The notes beneath the pieces were generated by a model, which saw only the letters and a program-made list of their open reading frames with translations, ran no database searches and had not been told where the DNA came from. A stretch of 63,758 nucleotides of DNA, counting the filler. It is 4 parts of 4 records of this genome, joined end to end, with 100 filler letters (N's around TTAATTAATTAA, not from the genome) between each part and the next. Parts side by side here need not be neighbours in the genome. Positions count along the whole stretch, not along the records: positions 1 to 27,016 come from DRR723986_11171; 3 more parts are not named here. The stretch is one strand, 5' to 3'. Below are positions 1 through 10,055 of the stretch, piece by piece; position 1 is the first letter of the stretch; each line of letters begins with the position of its first letter. Position numbers and translations under genes: made by a program.

Positions 1-51
1 AAGGGCTGTGAGCCGTAAGTCTACGGGGCTTCTAACAGATTGAGCATCAAT

Positions 52-112
52 GCCAAACAAAAACATCATAGAGCCTGAAGCCGAAACGCTAGTGAGGATT
101 CAAAGCGCTCAG
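52..112 (-). repeat. Dispersed intergenic repeat, copy C (near-identical to 9054-9114)
   Basis: agagcctgaagccgaaacgc[t/c]agtgaggattcaaagcgctcag occurs at 70-112 and 9072-9114 with one mismatch; weaker similarity extends to about position 52. Confidence 0.85.
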
Positions 113-230
113 GCAGAGAATCAACTGCAACTGGATGATTCGGCTGCGATTATGGAGCTCTGCAAGAGATAGTTTGCTACAGTCCTGCCGAATCAGTCGC
201 GCCCCAGATGAGCGTCAATTTCAGCAGTTC

Positions 231-665
231 CTATTTTTTTTCCGGCTGATCCTCAGGCTTGTCTTCGGGGCCAACCCAGGCAAATGGATTATGAGCAACT
301 TCCCAGAGATGACCGTCGGGATCCTTGAAATAGGCGTGATATCCGCCCCAGAAAGCGCGCTGCGGCTTCTTAGTAACTGTGGCACCGGCCGCGGAAGCTT
401 CGGCAATGATTTCCTCAACCTGGGACTCTTCAGCGACGTTGTACGCAAGCGAAAAGCCACGGAATCCACTGCCTTCGGCGGAAATACCAGCATCTTCAGC
501 GAGCGCATCATGACCATAAAGTCCCAGCCAGGAGCCGTTCAGATTAAAGAATGCAACACTCGGTGGCGAGTCGAGTTTGGGGAGGCCGAGACCATTTGCG
601 TAAAACTCTATGGAACGTGCCAAATCTTTTACCCCTAGTGTAATCATGCTGATGCGTGGCTGCAT
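231..665 (-). CDS. VOC (glyoxalase/bleomycin resistance) family protein
   Basis: MQPRISMITLGVKDLARS...FWGGYHAYFKDPDGHLWEVAHNP, a classic VOC signature; GGAGAG RBS upstream. Confidence 0.92.
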   Translation of the reverse strand: MQPRISMITLGVKDLARSIEFYANGLGLPKLDSPPSVAFFNLNGSWLGLYGHDALAEDAGISAEGSGFRGFSLAYNVAEESQVEEIIAEASAAGATVTKKPQRAFWGGYHAYFKDPDGHLWEVAHNPFAWVGPEDKPEDQPEKK

Positions 666-679
666 TGATATGCTCTCCC

Positions 680-722
680 CAGAATAGTTTTACAGAATAG
701 TTTTACAGACTAGTTTCACAGA
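680..722. repeat. Three tandem 13-bp direct repeats (cagaatagtttta) upstream of the VOC gene
   Basis: cagaatagtttta / cagaatagtttta / cagactagtttca / caga read directly from the sequence. Confidence 0.8.
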
Positions 723-1086
723 AAAGCGACCCAGAATATTGGGCATGTGCGAATAATTATCTCGATAGATGCAAAAATAGAGATTTTTTGGTCTGCACAA
801 GCGAAACTGCAGCTGAAAGGACAAATTTTTTGGGCGCTTTTTTGAAAAGCCGGCAGCGGCACCTGAGGAATGAAACAATCTTTTTTGACGATGCTGTGAC
901 TTTAATGCATCATTTGTGCTTAGAAGGGAGTACACCAGTCCCGAACCTTCTGGATTGGCTTACCCGGCCTAAAATTATGTATCCAAATCGTACTTGAGTT
1001 TTTATTCTACAAATCTTCGCGTGTGATGAATCTTTCCGGCCACTTGTGCATCATTACTTTCACGTACGACGATAGAGCAGGCTGCG

Positions 1087-1686
1087 ATGACGGAATCAGA
1101 AAAGAAAAAACAAGAAGACTTCCTTGAACTGTGGAATGCAGTGCACGACCGCCTGGCGCGATTTGCACGTGGTATGACGCGGGATGCAGAGGAAGCACGT
1201 GACCTGGTCAGCGATACCTTGTTACTTGCCTTCGAACATTTTGACGGTGTGCGCAACCGCGAAGCTTTCCTCAGTTATGTACTGACGATTGCCCGGCGGC
1301 GGCACTGGCGCAATTCCAAGCGGCGCTCACTTTTTGGAGTGTTCGATTGGGAGCGTGCCGAGCACATTCGCGATCGCGGATCAGCTCCGGAGACCCGTCA
1401 CGATGTTGACGTGCTCTACAAAGCAATGGACCAGCTGCCGGAAGCTCAGCGCGAAGCGATTGTGATGTTCGAGATTGTCGGACTCTCCCTGGAAGATATT
1501 CGCGAGATACAGGGTGGCTCACTTTCAGGAGTGAAGTCACGCCTCAAGCGCGGCCGCGAAAAATTACAGGCAATTCTTACGAAAGTGATCGAACCAGAGC
1601 AGCGCCTATCGCGCGCGCATTATCATCGGGAAGCGGCGGAAAACGCGCCGGATTTACGGATCTTGCTTAGCCCGGATCCGGCCTAA
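1087..1686 (+). CDS. ECF RNA polymerase sigma-70 factor
   Basis: Region 2 (RDAEEARDLVSDTLL...FLSYVLTIARR) and region 4 (LPEAQREAIVMFEIVGLSLEDI...GVKSRLKRGREKL). Confidence 0.93.
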   Translation: MTESEKKKQEDFLELWNAVHDRLARFARGMTRDAEEARDLVSDTLLLAFEHFDGVRNREAFLSYVLTIARRRHWRNSKRRSLFGVFDWERAEHIRDRGSAPETRHDVDVLYKAMDQLPEAQREAIVMFEIVGLSLEDIREIQGGSLSGVKSRLKRGREKLQAILTKVIEPEQRLSRAHYHREAAENAPDLRILLSPDPA

Positions 1687-1778
1687 AGCGAATTCTGTCT
1701 CCTGCCTTGCCGAGATGATAGACACAGTATATCAAAGACTGTGCGTCCCGCGCCAAAGCAGACTACAAGGCTGATTAT

Positions 1779-3215
1779 ATGGATAAAGAGCGACAAATTC
1801 TGGATCAATATTTTGACAAGGCGCGCAGCGAAACTCCGGTGATGAGCAGAGCTGAAGCGCGAACCTTGTTGAAGCGCAGCGCAATTGCAGGCTCAGTGGC
1901 CGGGACCTTTTTAGGCGGCCGGGCGGCATTGTGGTCTACACCCCTGCGCATGGCGGCGGCGGCTTCGGTGGCCGTTGTTGCAGGCGTCGGCATCTGGTCG
2001 GCCACAAGCGGAAATTCCGAAACGCAGCTAGCGGACGCAGGCATTCCAATTGAACAGCCTGCTGAGATAAGCGACGCAGAAATGTTCACGCAAGACTTGG
2101 AAGCCCTTGACTACCAGACGAGTCTGGCAGCGCCTGAGACAGCAAGAGAGCAGCCTGCAGCCACTCCAGCAGAAACATTTGCATCCGCGCAGACAGTCGC
2201 AAGCGACATTGGCGCGCCGGCCTCCGAAAAAATTGCAGAGGCACAAATTTCAAGTGAACGCACGCCGGCGAGCCCGCCTGTAAGTGAACTCCCCGCACAA
2301 GAACAATTCACAGCGGCCGAGGAGGCCTCGGAGTCTGTAGCGCATATCGCTGATAGTCATGCCACGGACTTGCAGCCTGCGACGGAAGATCAGTTGCCTG
2401 CCAGCGCGCTGGCTGCAGCATCACCAACTTCCATCTCAATTGCTGAAGTCTTACCCGTCCACGGGGATTTCGGTGCCCCGATTGAAAAACCTCTGGCTTC
2501 CGGCGAAAAAGTCGCCAAAGCCATTACTTCGGCAGAACAAGAACATGACCTGCGCGTGTTTGCCGGATACGAATTCGGCGCATTCTGGCAGCAGCTGGAC
2601 TATCTGAATCAACCACTGGAAGATATTGGCCTGGCACAATTGCCGGCCAGCGCTCAGCGGTTTGCGGTATTTGTGGGCTTTGCGATTGACGACTACAGCG
2701 CGAGCATTATGTTTGCCGACGGCGACAACATGCAGGTCAATGGTGTTCCGCAGGGTGTTTTTAAAGCGTTAACCTACGACTACAGTCAGGCATCGCTCAA
2801 TGCGATGTACCGCATTTTGCATTACGACCAGTTTACGCTGGAAGCCGGTGTGAATGTAGCCGTCTCCGAAGAAAACATTGCGGTGAATGACATATCTGTG
2901 GCCGGATCACTGGCCGCCTTTGATCCAGATTGGGCTGCAACTCTTGCGGCACACGGAGGAACGGCGAACGAGCGAGACATAGTGATTCACCGTCGGTTGT
3001 TTGGCATGGGGCCACGCATCGCACTTGCATATGAGTTTTTGGGCTTTGCGCGGACGGGAGTGACTGTCAACTATTTGGTTCAGCTACCTGAGACATTCAA
3101 TGTTGCCATGGCCGGTGAGGCCTATACAGCGGAGATTCCGGATAGCGAGCAGTACACAAACAACGTCTGGGCGGTATCGGTAGACATGCAGGTTGATATT
3201 GGCAGTTTTTTCTGA
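1779..3215 (+). CDS. Putative anti-sigma factor with TM helix, long Ala/Glu/Pro linker and C-terminal outer-membrane beta-barrel
   Basis: Directly downstream of the ECF sigma; short charged N-terminus, hydrophobic AAAASVAVVAGVGIW, low-complexity linker, then alternating amphipathic strands ending in Phe (…VDMQVDIGSFF). Confidence 0.65.
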   Translation: MDKERQILDQYFDKARSETPVMSRAEARTLLKRSAIAGSVAGTFLGGRAALWSTPLRMAAAASVAVVAGVGIWSATSGNSETQLADAGIPIEQPAEISDAEMFTQDLEALDYQTSLAAPETAREQPAATPAETFASAQTVASDIGAPASEKIAEAQISSERTPASPPVSELPAQEQFTAAEEASESVAHIADSHATDLQPATEDQLPASALAAASPTSISIAEVLPVHGDFGAPIEKPLASGEKVAKAITSAEQEHDLRVFAGYEFGAFWQQLDYLNQPLEDIGLAQLPASAQRFAVFVGFAIDDYSASIMFADGDNMQVNGVPQGVFKALTYDYSQASLNAMYRILHYDQFTLEAGVNVAVSEENIAVNDISVAGSLAAFDPDWAATLAAHGGTANERDIVIHRRLFGMGPRIALAYEFLGFARTGVTVNYLVQLPETFNVAMAGEAYTAEIPDSEQYTNNVWAVSVDMQVDIGSFF

Positions 3216-3243
3216 GTTGGGTTGTGAAGGCGAACAAATCACC

Positions 3244-6200
3244 TCACCTTCCAATCAAAACAGCTTGTGAATACTGAAACTGTCCAACGCGCAGAACCAG
3301 GAAATACATTCCCTGTGCAAGTGATTTGACATCAGCGCTTAGCTCAAACTCACCTGCCTGCATCGGCGCATCGTAGTAATTGCCGACGCAGTCGCCCAGT
3401 GAGGAATACAACTTTAGGTCGGCGTGATCGCGCCCCGAGAACTCCAGCAGCACCTTAAGACTTGCAGACGGCTGGTCGAACACCACATTCTTGATGCCAA
3501 GGCCTGCAGTCCCCTGGCTAAACAATCGATTCCCGCCCACTTCACAGAAGTCATGCAGCCTAAAAATCCCATCGCTCAACTCCAAGTCCAGCGACGGAGT
3601 CTCATTTTCTGCGACGCGCAAGCGCATTTCAGATTCGACCAGTGGACCGAGCATGGCTGTAAATCTGAGCCTCTGAAGCTCGTAAACGCCGGCCGTGGCG
3701 GGTATACTAAGTGTTAAAGGTATTTCGCGCCGCCCACTGTTAACAGTTCCGATTATCTCCGCTGCACCAGGAAAGAGCATAAAAGCATTAACATCCAGAA
3801 TAGCATTGATCTGAATAGCTGTTTCGTCTGGAAACTCGAATGTATGCCGCGCACCGATTACAATCTCAACTTCCTGGCCGGCCGCCGATGTAGCATCTTC
3901 CACCCAGAGCTCAATTCCGGCCTTGACTCCGCTGCCGAACATACCAATTTCATATTCGTGCATGCCGTTGCTGGAGCGCACAATAATTGCGCTGGAGGCA
4001 CGCCCCGGGCGGACCGGCTCAAACTGCATTGTCAGATTCAGCGACTCTCCGGCGGCTATACTGACCGGCAACGCGGGGACTTCGACTTCGAACTGTTGTA
4101 TGTCGGGTCCGGCCAGCCCTAAGGCATCAATGGTCACGGCTGCAGCGCTCACATTAAGCAACACCAGTTCCGACAGGGTTCGCCGTTGGCCGAGTGTGAC
4201 TTCACCAAAATCAATGACTGTTGTTTCCACTTGCAGTGGCTGGATAACTCCGCTGCCGCTCAGGCTCGCCGTTTGACTGGACTCAAATCCTGAGGTATAA
4301 AATGTTAACTCTGCTGCATGCACGCCTTCGCGCAAGGGCCGGAAGCGTAATTCAAGGGCTCGGGAAGTTCCGGCTGGAATTAACATGGGCATTGAAGGTG
4401 CTACCAGCTCAAATGCGCTCGCATCAGTTCCAGCAAACTCAGCCACCTGTAACTCAATGTCAATCAAAGCAGAATTGTTAAGCATTGCGGTAAAGCGGCG
4501 TTCACAAAAACCTCCCACCGGGCAATTTCCGAAGTCGGCATCTGCTATTTCAAATGTGGGCGCAGCAACGGTCCAGGTCGCATCAGAAACATCTCGTGCC
4601 AACAGCGTAGCCTGGGCGAGTTGCCACAGAAACATGCTTTGCCGGCCGGCCGGCTGCAGGTTTGCGCCTCCCAGACTGATTGGTCCCTCAAATATTCCGG
4701 CAGTTAACAAGGCTCCGTCACTTGAACGCGCAAGAGCTGTTGGTTCATCGATTTTGATCCCGCCATAACTCGTGGCGTCCAAAACCTGACTGGAGGATGC
4801 GGCGAGACGAATAATTGCAATGTCCCCAAACACACCGTCTTCAGCACCGCCGCCGTCAATCAATGTAAACTCAGCGACTTCCAATTGGCGGGTATAGGCC
4901 AGGCCAACAGTTAACTCGTCGGCCGCAGCATCATAAATCAGGCGAGGCTGTTTGGCGGTGACATTTCCAAATGCATGTGACCAGTTAACACTAAACAACT
5001 GGTCAAAACTGATCACAAAACTATTCTGGATTCCATCGGCTGTGATGTTAACAGAATTCGAACGCAGGGACGAACCCCTGAAGTGCCCACAGACCACAAA
5101 GTCTCCGCGCTCGGTAGCTACTACATCGCTGGCCAATACAAGTGCTTCAGAGCCGAAAGCGCGCGCGCGCTGCTCGTCTCCCAACAAGGAGTACGAAGTC
5201 ACGAGCAGATCGGCACCAGTGCCACTATGGGTTAAAGTCCGTCCGTCAAATTGCGCATTCGGCGATACTGTACCAGCGGCGATAATGTCACCGGCATCTG
5301 TGATTTCAACACGAGTAAAAATGTCCAAGGCTGTACTGCTCAAACCCACGCCATCAACTGAGCGAAACCAATTTAAGCTGCCGGCAGCATCCAAACTAAA
5401 TATGACGGCAGCATCAGACCCCATGATATTTTCAGTCTGATTAAATTCAGCGATTGGACCGCCGGTCGCGCCAACTATAATCACATCCCCACCAGCCGTC
5501 AGGTGCAAGTCACCGGCAATATCCGAACGCGTACTGCCAAATGTCTGAATGTTAAGTGTGGACAAATCTGCAACAAACTTGCCGAGAGCAATATCGAACA
5601 GCCCCCTGGAATCATAGTTAACACCATCGGCAATAAAACTATCGCGAAAGCTGGACAAAGAGTAGATACTGCCATCAGCAGCTGAAGTTATTGAAACGCT
5701 GTGTACACCGGGATTGCCGGGAAAGGCGCGCGCACCCAACACTCTTCCGAGCGGTGAAAACACGGCAATAAATATTCCACGGACGCCATTCCCATTTAAG
5801 AAAAATCCATCGCCCAGATCCAGGTCACCATCAAAAATACCGCTGACGTAAATACGACCGTCGTCCACGATTTCGATATCATGAATCTGCCCTGCATCTC
5901 GGCCCTGCGAACTCCAAACCCAGTTACGGTCCGGGTTGGGCAGCGTCATGGCAGATACGCGTGCAAGCCATTCCGTCCCTGCGGGGTTGTTTGCCCGCCA
6001 CAACAAATTGTCAGTATTTTGGGTCGTACCTGCCTGTTGCCAGTTTGCACCGCCGTCCGCACTCAATTCCAGATTGCAATTGCCAAACGCGGCGCTGCCC
6101 TCCCACAGTATCTGAACTTCATCTCCAAGCGCAAAAACTTCGCCGCCGTTGGGATGCAGAATGCGAACATCCGCATTAAGAGTTTCCCCTTCCGTGCCAA

Positions 6201-7404
6201 CAATGACTGTACTGCGTACTGCCCTGCAGGAGTTGGAGACAACTTGGATGTTAATGTAGCGCCGCAGTAGATCGGCCGCGCGATACTCAAGTTCGAGCGT
6301 ACGTTGTGTTCCAGGCGCCATGCTGAATGGCGGTGCAGTCCCGCCAAACGAACTGATTGTTAATGCCGGATCATCTGTCAATATATCAGTGACTTCGCGT
6401 GACTGGTTCTCTGCAAATAATGTAATGTTAAATGACTCAGCACTGCCAACTGCAACGCTGCCAAGATCCTGCAGCCCGGGGTTAATTCGGATTAATGGCA
6501 AGAACTGCGCTTCAGCCGTGTAACTCAGATCAACAGCTTCGGCATTCTGGTATTGGAGTTTAATCTCACGGTCGAGGCGACAGTCGGCTTGTGCCGTCCA
6601 GCGTAGGACACATGGGGTGCCGGATGAAGCGTGCATAAAAATCTGTGCAAATGCACTTCGCGCCTCCAGCGCACTGTTAACATTTGCGAAAGTTAGGCCA
6701 CCACTTGCGTCGGCAATATTTTGCAGAATACCTGGCACTTCAATACCGAACAGCACGCTATAAACACGAATTCCGCTGCCGGCCAAACGGCTTAACATTT
6801 CGGCTTCATTGCCAGCCGCATCCCCGTCCGTTACAAGTATGACTATTTGCTCTGACGTTCCCGTTGCAACCAGGTCCAGAGCTGCGGCTTTGGGATCCAG
6901 CAACGCCGCATCAAAATCGGTATTGCCACCAGCGCTTAACAGGTTCAGCGCATTCTCAATTTCAACTCGCGAACTAGCAAAATCGGCGTGTATCCGGTTC
7001 TGATCATTAAATGTGGCCAGCGCACACTCAGAGGTATTAAAGTCCAACATACCCAGCCAGGTGCGCGCGGCTGATTGTGCAAGCCCAAGGTATTCAGCCT
7101 GCATTGATTCCGACACGTCGATCATCAGCACCGACGAGAGTCCCATCGCTTCCGTCGCCGAACATTCGAGCGCATCAATCGGGACTTCAGAACCATTTTC
7201 TTCAAGTTTTATGTCATCCACCAGTGGTTGTGGCAGAACACGGCCGGCGGCATCCAGCACAATGATCGGCATAGACACATTCGGATACTCGCTCAGATCG
7301 ATTGCACCGGTCACGATTGACTGCGCATGCAGCAATGCACACGGCAGCAATGCAACCAGGATCAGAATCTGAATAACACCTGCGAAGTTTCGGCCTGTCA
7401 TCAC
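3244..7404 (-). CDS. Large secreted VWA + beta-propeller + Ig-like (ASH/choice-of-anchor D) protein with T9SS-type C-terminal domain
   Basis: Signal peptide; MIDAS DVSES…T…VTDG; PNGGE motif; repeated DFG…L.N…F.P ASH-like domains; C-terminal LKLYSSLG…LAQGMYFLVL. Confidence 0.8.
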   Translation of the reverse strand: MMTGRNFAGVIQILILVALLPCALLHAQSIVTGAIDLSEYPNVSMPIIVLDAAGRVLPQPLVDDIKLEENGSEVPIDALECSATEAMGLSSVLMIDVSESMQAEYLGLAQSAARTWLGMLDFNTSECALATFNDQNRIHADFASSRVEIENALNLLSAGGNTDFDAALLDPKAAALDLVATGTSEQIVILVTDGDAAGNEAEMLSRLAGSGIRVYSVLFGIEVPGILQNIADASGGLTFANVNSALEARSAFAQIFMHASSGTPCVLRWTAQADCRLDREIKLQYQNAEAVDLSYTAEAQFLPLIRINPGLQDLGSVAVGSAESFNITLFAENQSREVTDILTDDPALTISSFGGTAPPFSMAPGTQRTLELEYRAADLLRRYINIQVVSNSCRAVRSTVIVGTEGETLNADVRILHPNGGEVFALGDEVQILWEGSAAFGNCNLELSADGGANWQQAGTTQNTDNLLWRANNPAGTEWLARVSAMTLPNPDRNWVWSSQGRDAGQIHDIEIVDDGRIYVSGIFDGDLDLGDGFFLNGNGVRGIFIAVFSPLGRVLGARAFPGNPGVHSVSITSAADGSIYSLSSFRDSFIADGVNYDSRGLFDIALGKFVADLSTLNIQTFGSTRSDIAGDLHLTAGGDVIIVGATGGPIAEFNQTENIMGSDAAVIFSLDAAGSLNWFRSVDGVGLSSTALDIFTRVEITDAGDIIAAGTVSPNAQFDGRTLTHSGTGADLLVTSYSLLGDEQRARAFGSEALVLASDVVATERGDFVVCGHFRGSSLRSNSVNITADGIQNSFVISFDQLFSVNWSHAFGNVTAKQPRLIYDAAADELTVGLAYTRQLEVAEFTLIDGGGAEDGVFGDIAIIRLAASSSQVLDATSYGGIKIDEPTALARSSDGALLTAGIFEGPISLGGANLQPAGRQSMFLWQLAQATLLARDVSDATWTVAAPTFEIADADFGNCPVGGFCERRFTAMLNNSALIDIELQVAEFAGTDASAFELVAPSMPMLIPAGTSRALELRFRPLREGVHAAELTFYTSGFESSQTASLSGSGVIQPLQVETTVIDFGEVTLGQRRTLSELVLLNVSAAAVTIDALGLAGPDIQQFEVEVPALPVSIAAGESLNLTMQFEPVRPGRASSAIIVRSSNGMHEYEIGMFGSGVKAGIELWVEDATSAAGQEVEIVIGARHTFEFPDETAIQINAILDVNAFMLFPGAAEIIGTVNSGRREIPLTLSIPATAGVYELQRLRFTAMLGPLVESEMRLRVAENETPSLDLELSDGIFRLHDFCEVGGNRLFSQGTAGLGIKNVVFDQPSASLKVLLEFSGRDHADLKLYSSLGDCVGNYYDAPMQAGEFELSADVKSLAQGMYFLVLRVGQFQYSQAVLIGR

Positions 7405-7587
7405 ATCTTCCGCTCAACTGTTGGGATGTAACAGATTTTTTGGTTTGCTTGCATCCAAGTCACCCTGCATGCGAAGTTTATTCTTACAAATAGACTCCCA
7501 CATAAAATATTCAGACACGGACAATGCCAATTCGATTCTGAAGTTGCACTTCCAGTATCCGTTGCCAATTGACAATTAGACCACACA

Positions 7588-8007
7588 TTAGCGATCTTTG
7601 CGTCGGTACATCAACTTGAGGCCGGACCAATCGGCATCAACCGCACAGACTTTGACGTCTACCAGGCCTCCATCAAGCGCTGTTTTGCGCACGGAGTCTC
7701 CCGAAATATTGGAGGCCAAGGGCGAAGTTTTCTTGGGCCAGGAAACCCACAAACTGCCATTTTTCTGCATCCCCGCTTTTAGCGCCGCAAACTCGGTTTC
7801 GAGGATGTCATTTTCAGTACAGAAGTAGTGAATCAGATCGAACTTGTCGCTCAGTTCCTCAACAATTTCAACATCTGCGGGCAGTGCTCCCAGAATATCA
7901 AAGTAATGATCAGGAAGATTGATCAGGCACACGCGCTGTCCAGTTTTGTAGCCCAGTTTTTGCGCCAGGGTCCGTGTAGAATATCCACTGTTTGATTCTG
8001 CCGCCAT
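7588..8007 (-). CDS. DUF3052 family protein
   Basis: GYSTRTLAQKLG…LWVSWPKK…GLVDVKVCAVDADWSGLKL matches the DUF3052 pattern; GGAGA RBS before the MAAES start. Confidence 0.8.
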   Translation of the reverse strand: MAAESNSGYSTRTLAQKLGYKTGQRVCLINLPDHYFDILGALPADVEIVEELSDKFDLIHYFCTENDILETEFAALKAGMQKNGSLWVSWPKKTSPLASNISGDSVRKTALDGGLVDVKVCAVDADWSGLKLMYRRKDR

Positions 8008-8657
8008 CGATTTTTCTCCTGTTTCTCTGCACAAGCGTCGAGTAAACCTGCATCTGCGGGCCGCTTGCTGTGATGTAGCTGAATTTCTAAGTTATACGAA
8101 CTGGAACATCTCCACAATTTTTCTACACAGCACCAGACTTTGGGTCTACTTTCAGATTTTCAAATTGGACTAAAGATACACCATTTCAGCTTGGGCAGGA
8201 ATACGACTTCCCTGCCGTTCAGTAGCAATCACTGGTCGATTAACCATGGATTCGGTGCGATTAGCATGATTGCACATGGATCTTTAACACAAGGCTTGTA
8301 TTCTTGTTGTAGTGCGCGTGGCGCAGGACCGGGCCTGGAATAGTACGTTTTTAATCACGATTTTTTTCATCTAAAAAAATGCCGAATTCCAACGGAGGAC
8401 GGACGGCATCCCCCTGCCTGTGTGTTGGGGTATCTGGAGGTGGTGGCGGGAAACACGGGTGGGCCCTTTGATTTCACATAAAGAACCGTCCAGGACGTAA
8501 TTATGCATGCCATTTACAGGTGGACTCTCAAAACTCTCTCGCAGAATTTCTGCTCGCGCACTTGCAAGTGCCATTTTCAAAGTCTCAGCTCTTCTCCCAC
8601 GTGTTGGCATTCTATCTCGTAAATTTTTCTTGTGAGCTCGGTTTGGCTTGCCTGGCA

Positions 8658-8748
8658 TGAGCGCTTCGCCCCCGGCGCCTGCGGCTGGTTGGCTTACTTT
8701 TCTCTTTTGTTAGTCGCTGTGCCAAAAATGCAAAGTCAATGTGCTGCC
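8658..8748 (+). repeat. Dispersed intergenic repeat, copy A (related to 26039-26162)
   Basis: Shares tgagcgcttcgcccccg, tggctt, ttttgttagt and caatgt..ctgcc in the same order with 26039-26162. Confidence 0.6.
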
Positions 8749-9053
8749 AGTCTTTTTGGCAAATTCCATCGCTCCGCCAGTTTGAAACCAGTACGAATTC
8801 GCGCAGTGACCGGCAGTACAACACAGCCAATAGTGTGCATTGAGGTAGTCAATAGGGGCACGAATTCAGGCTTTGAATCTAGGGACATTAAAGTCCCAAA
8901 ACTGCAAATCACTGAATTTGCAGGGCGCTAATTCCCAAGATCTAATGCTGCGCACTGCAGCCGAGATACACTTAACACTATGGACTTCCAGATTCAATGC
9001 TGAAGTGTCAAAAAAGACTTCGCCGCTGGAGTATGTGAAAATGGAGACTCGAA

Positions 9054-9114
9054 GACTAACAAGAAAATCAAAGAGCCTGAAGCCGAAACGCCAGTGAGGA
9101 TTCAAAGCGCTCAG
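9054..9114 (-). repeat. Dispersed intergenic repeat, copy B
   Basis: Near-identical to 52-112; hairpin-capable (gagc…gctc, tgaa…ttca) and followed by a T-rich run on the minus strand. Confidence 0.85.
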
Positions 9115-9183
9115 AGTAACAAGTCGATTTCGGCAATTGAGTCGGAAAAAAGTTTAAGAACCGTTAACAACAATTTGGCTCGG

Positions 9184-9867
9184 CTAGTCTCCGCCGCGGT
9201 GCCAGTCGCGCTGCATCTGCAAATAGGTGTAGGAAGCGGACCAGGTGATCATGATCAGGCCCAGCAAGGCTTCAGAGGCACTTAACAAACGCAGGGGACC
9301 ATGCGGAATAATATCGCCGAACCCGAGCGTTGAATAACAAACTGCAGAGAAATAGACGTACTCCAAAATGCCGTCATGCGCCAAACCAGCTAGTTCGCCC
9401 AAAAACGAGACACCATCCATATACGCAAAACCGAAGGCAAAAAACCAAATTTCAACGAAGTGCAGGAAGGTGATATAAAAAATGCCAAGTAACACTCGCA
9501 AACGCGGTTTAATTGGAATTTTGTGGGCGTAAAGAGACCAGATGCGGAGAGCTTCGTAGTGCGCAACCACACAGAGGATGATAATAAGTGCCGAAATTGC
9601 CATGGCTGTGAAGTGCGCCCAGGTGTTAATCGGTGGCTCCTTTGAAGCCAGTCCATCTTGTGCAAGATGAAAAAGTTTAACATCCGCGTCGCCACGATCG
9701 ACCAGGACATGCGTAACGGACTCCCGGTGAAAGGCCTCGGTAGCCTGTGCCGCAAATTCTTGATCGGCCTGCCACCCTACCGCGCCGCTGCCCAGCCCAA
9801 ACACCAACAGGCAAATGCCGATGATTGTAAGCAGGTAACATACTTGCCGATTTTTGAGCGTGCTCAT
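9184..9867 (-). CDS. Two-TM potassium-channel-family (Ion_trans_2) membrane protein with N-terminal extension
   Basis: Pore-like YFSAVCYSTLGFGDI flanked by TM helices; start chosen at MSTLK. Confidence 0.8.
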   Translation of the reverse strand: MSTLKNRQVCYLLTIIGICLLVFGLGSGAVGWQADQEFAAQATEAFHRESVTHVLVDRGDADVKLFHLAQDGLASKEPPINTWAHFTAMAISALIIILCVVAHYEALRIWSLYAHKIPIKPRLRVLLGIFYITFLHFVEIWFFAFGFAYMDGVSFLGELAGLAHDGILEYVYFSAVCYSTLGFGDIIPHGPLRLLSASEALLGLIMITWSASYTYLQMQRDWHRGGD

Positions 9868-10055
9868 CACGAAACCTAGGTCTGGATTTGTATCAGAAAT
9901 GATACGCTGCTGCGCACCCAAAACAGAATATAATCCAAATCTACACACTATGCACGCTTGCACAGGTACATTTTCTCGCTACTCAATAGCGAAATTTTGG
10001 CGGAGTTCACTTCAGCTTCTTAAAAAGTAACATCCGGCTTTTGAAGCGGCTAAAA

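Noticed and set aside
70-112. Hammerhead ribozyme or attC interpretation of the repeat (CTGA…GAAAC; TAAC/GTT ends)
   Set aside because: No CUGANGA core with stem II; no properly oriented RYYYAAC…GTTRRRY pair; no integrase seen
1020-1060. Autoregulatory ECF promoter (tgaatc…catca)
   Set aside because: Plausible, but no second instance was found to define a consensus
8371-8931. Short ORFs in the 8.0-9.2 kb intergenic region
   Set aside because: No RBS or family signal; they overlap the non-coding repeat copies
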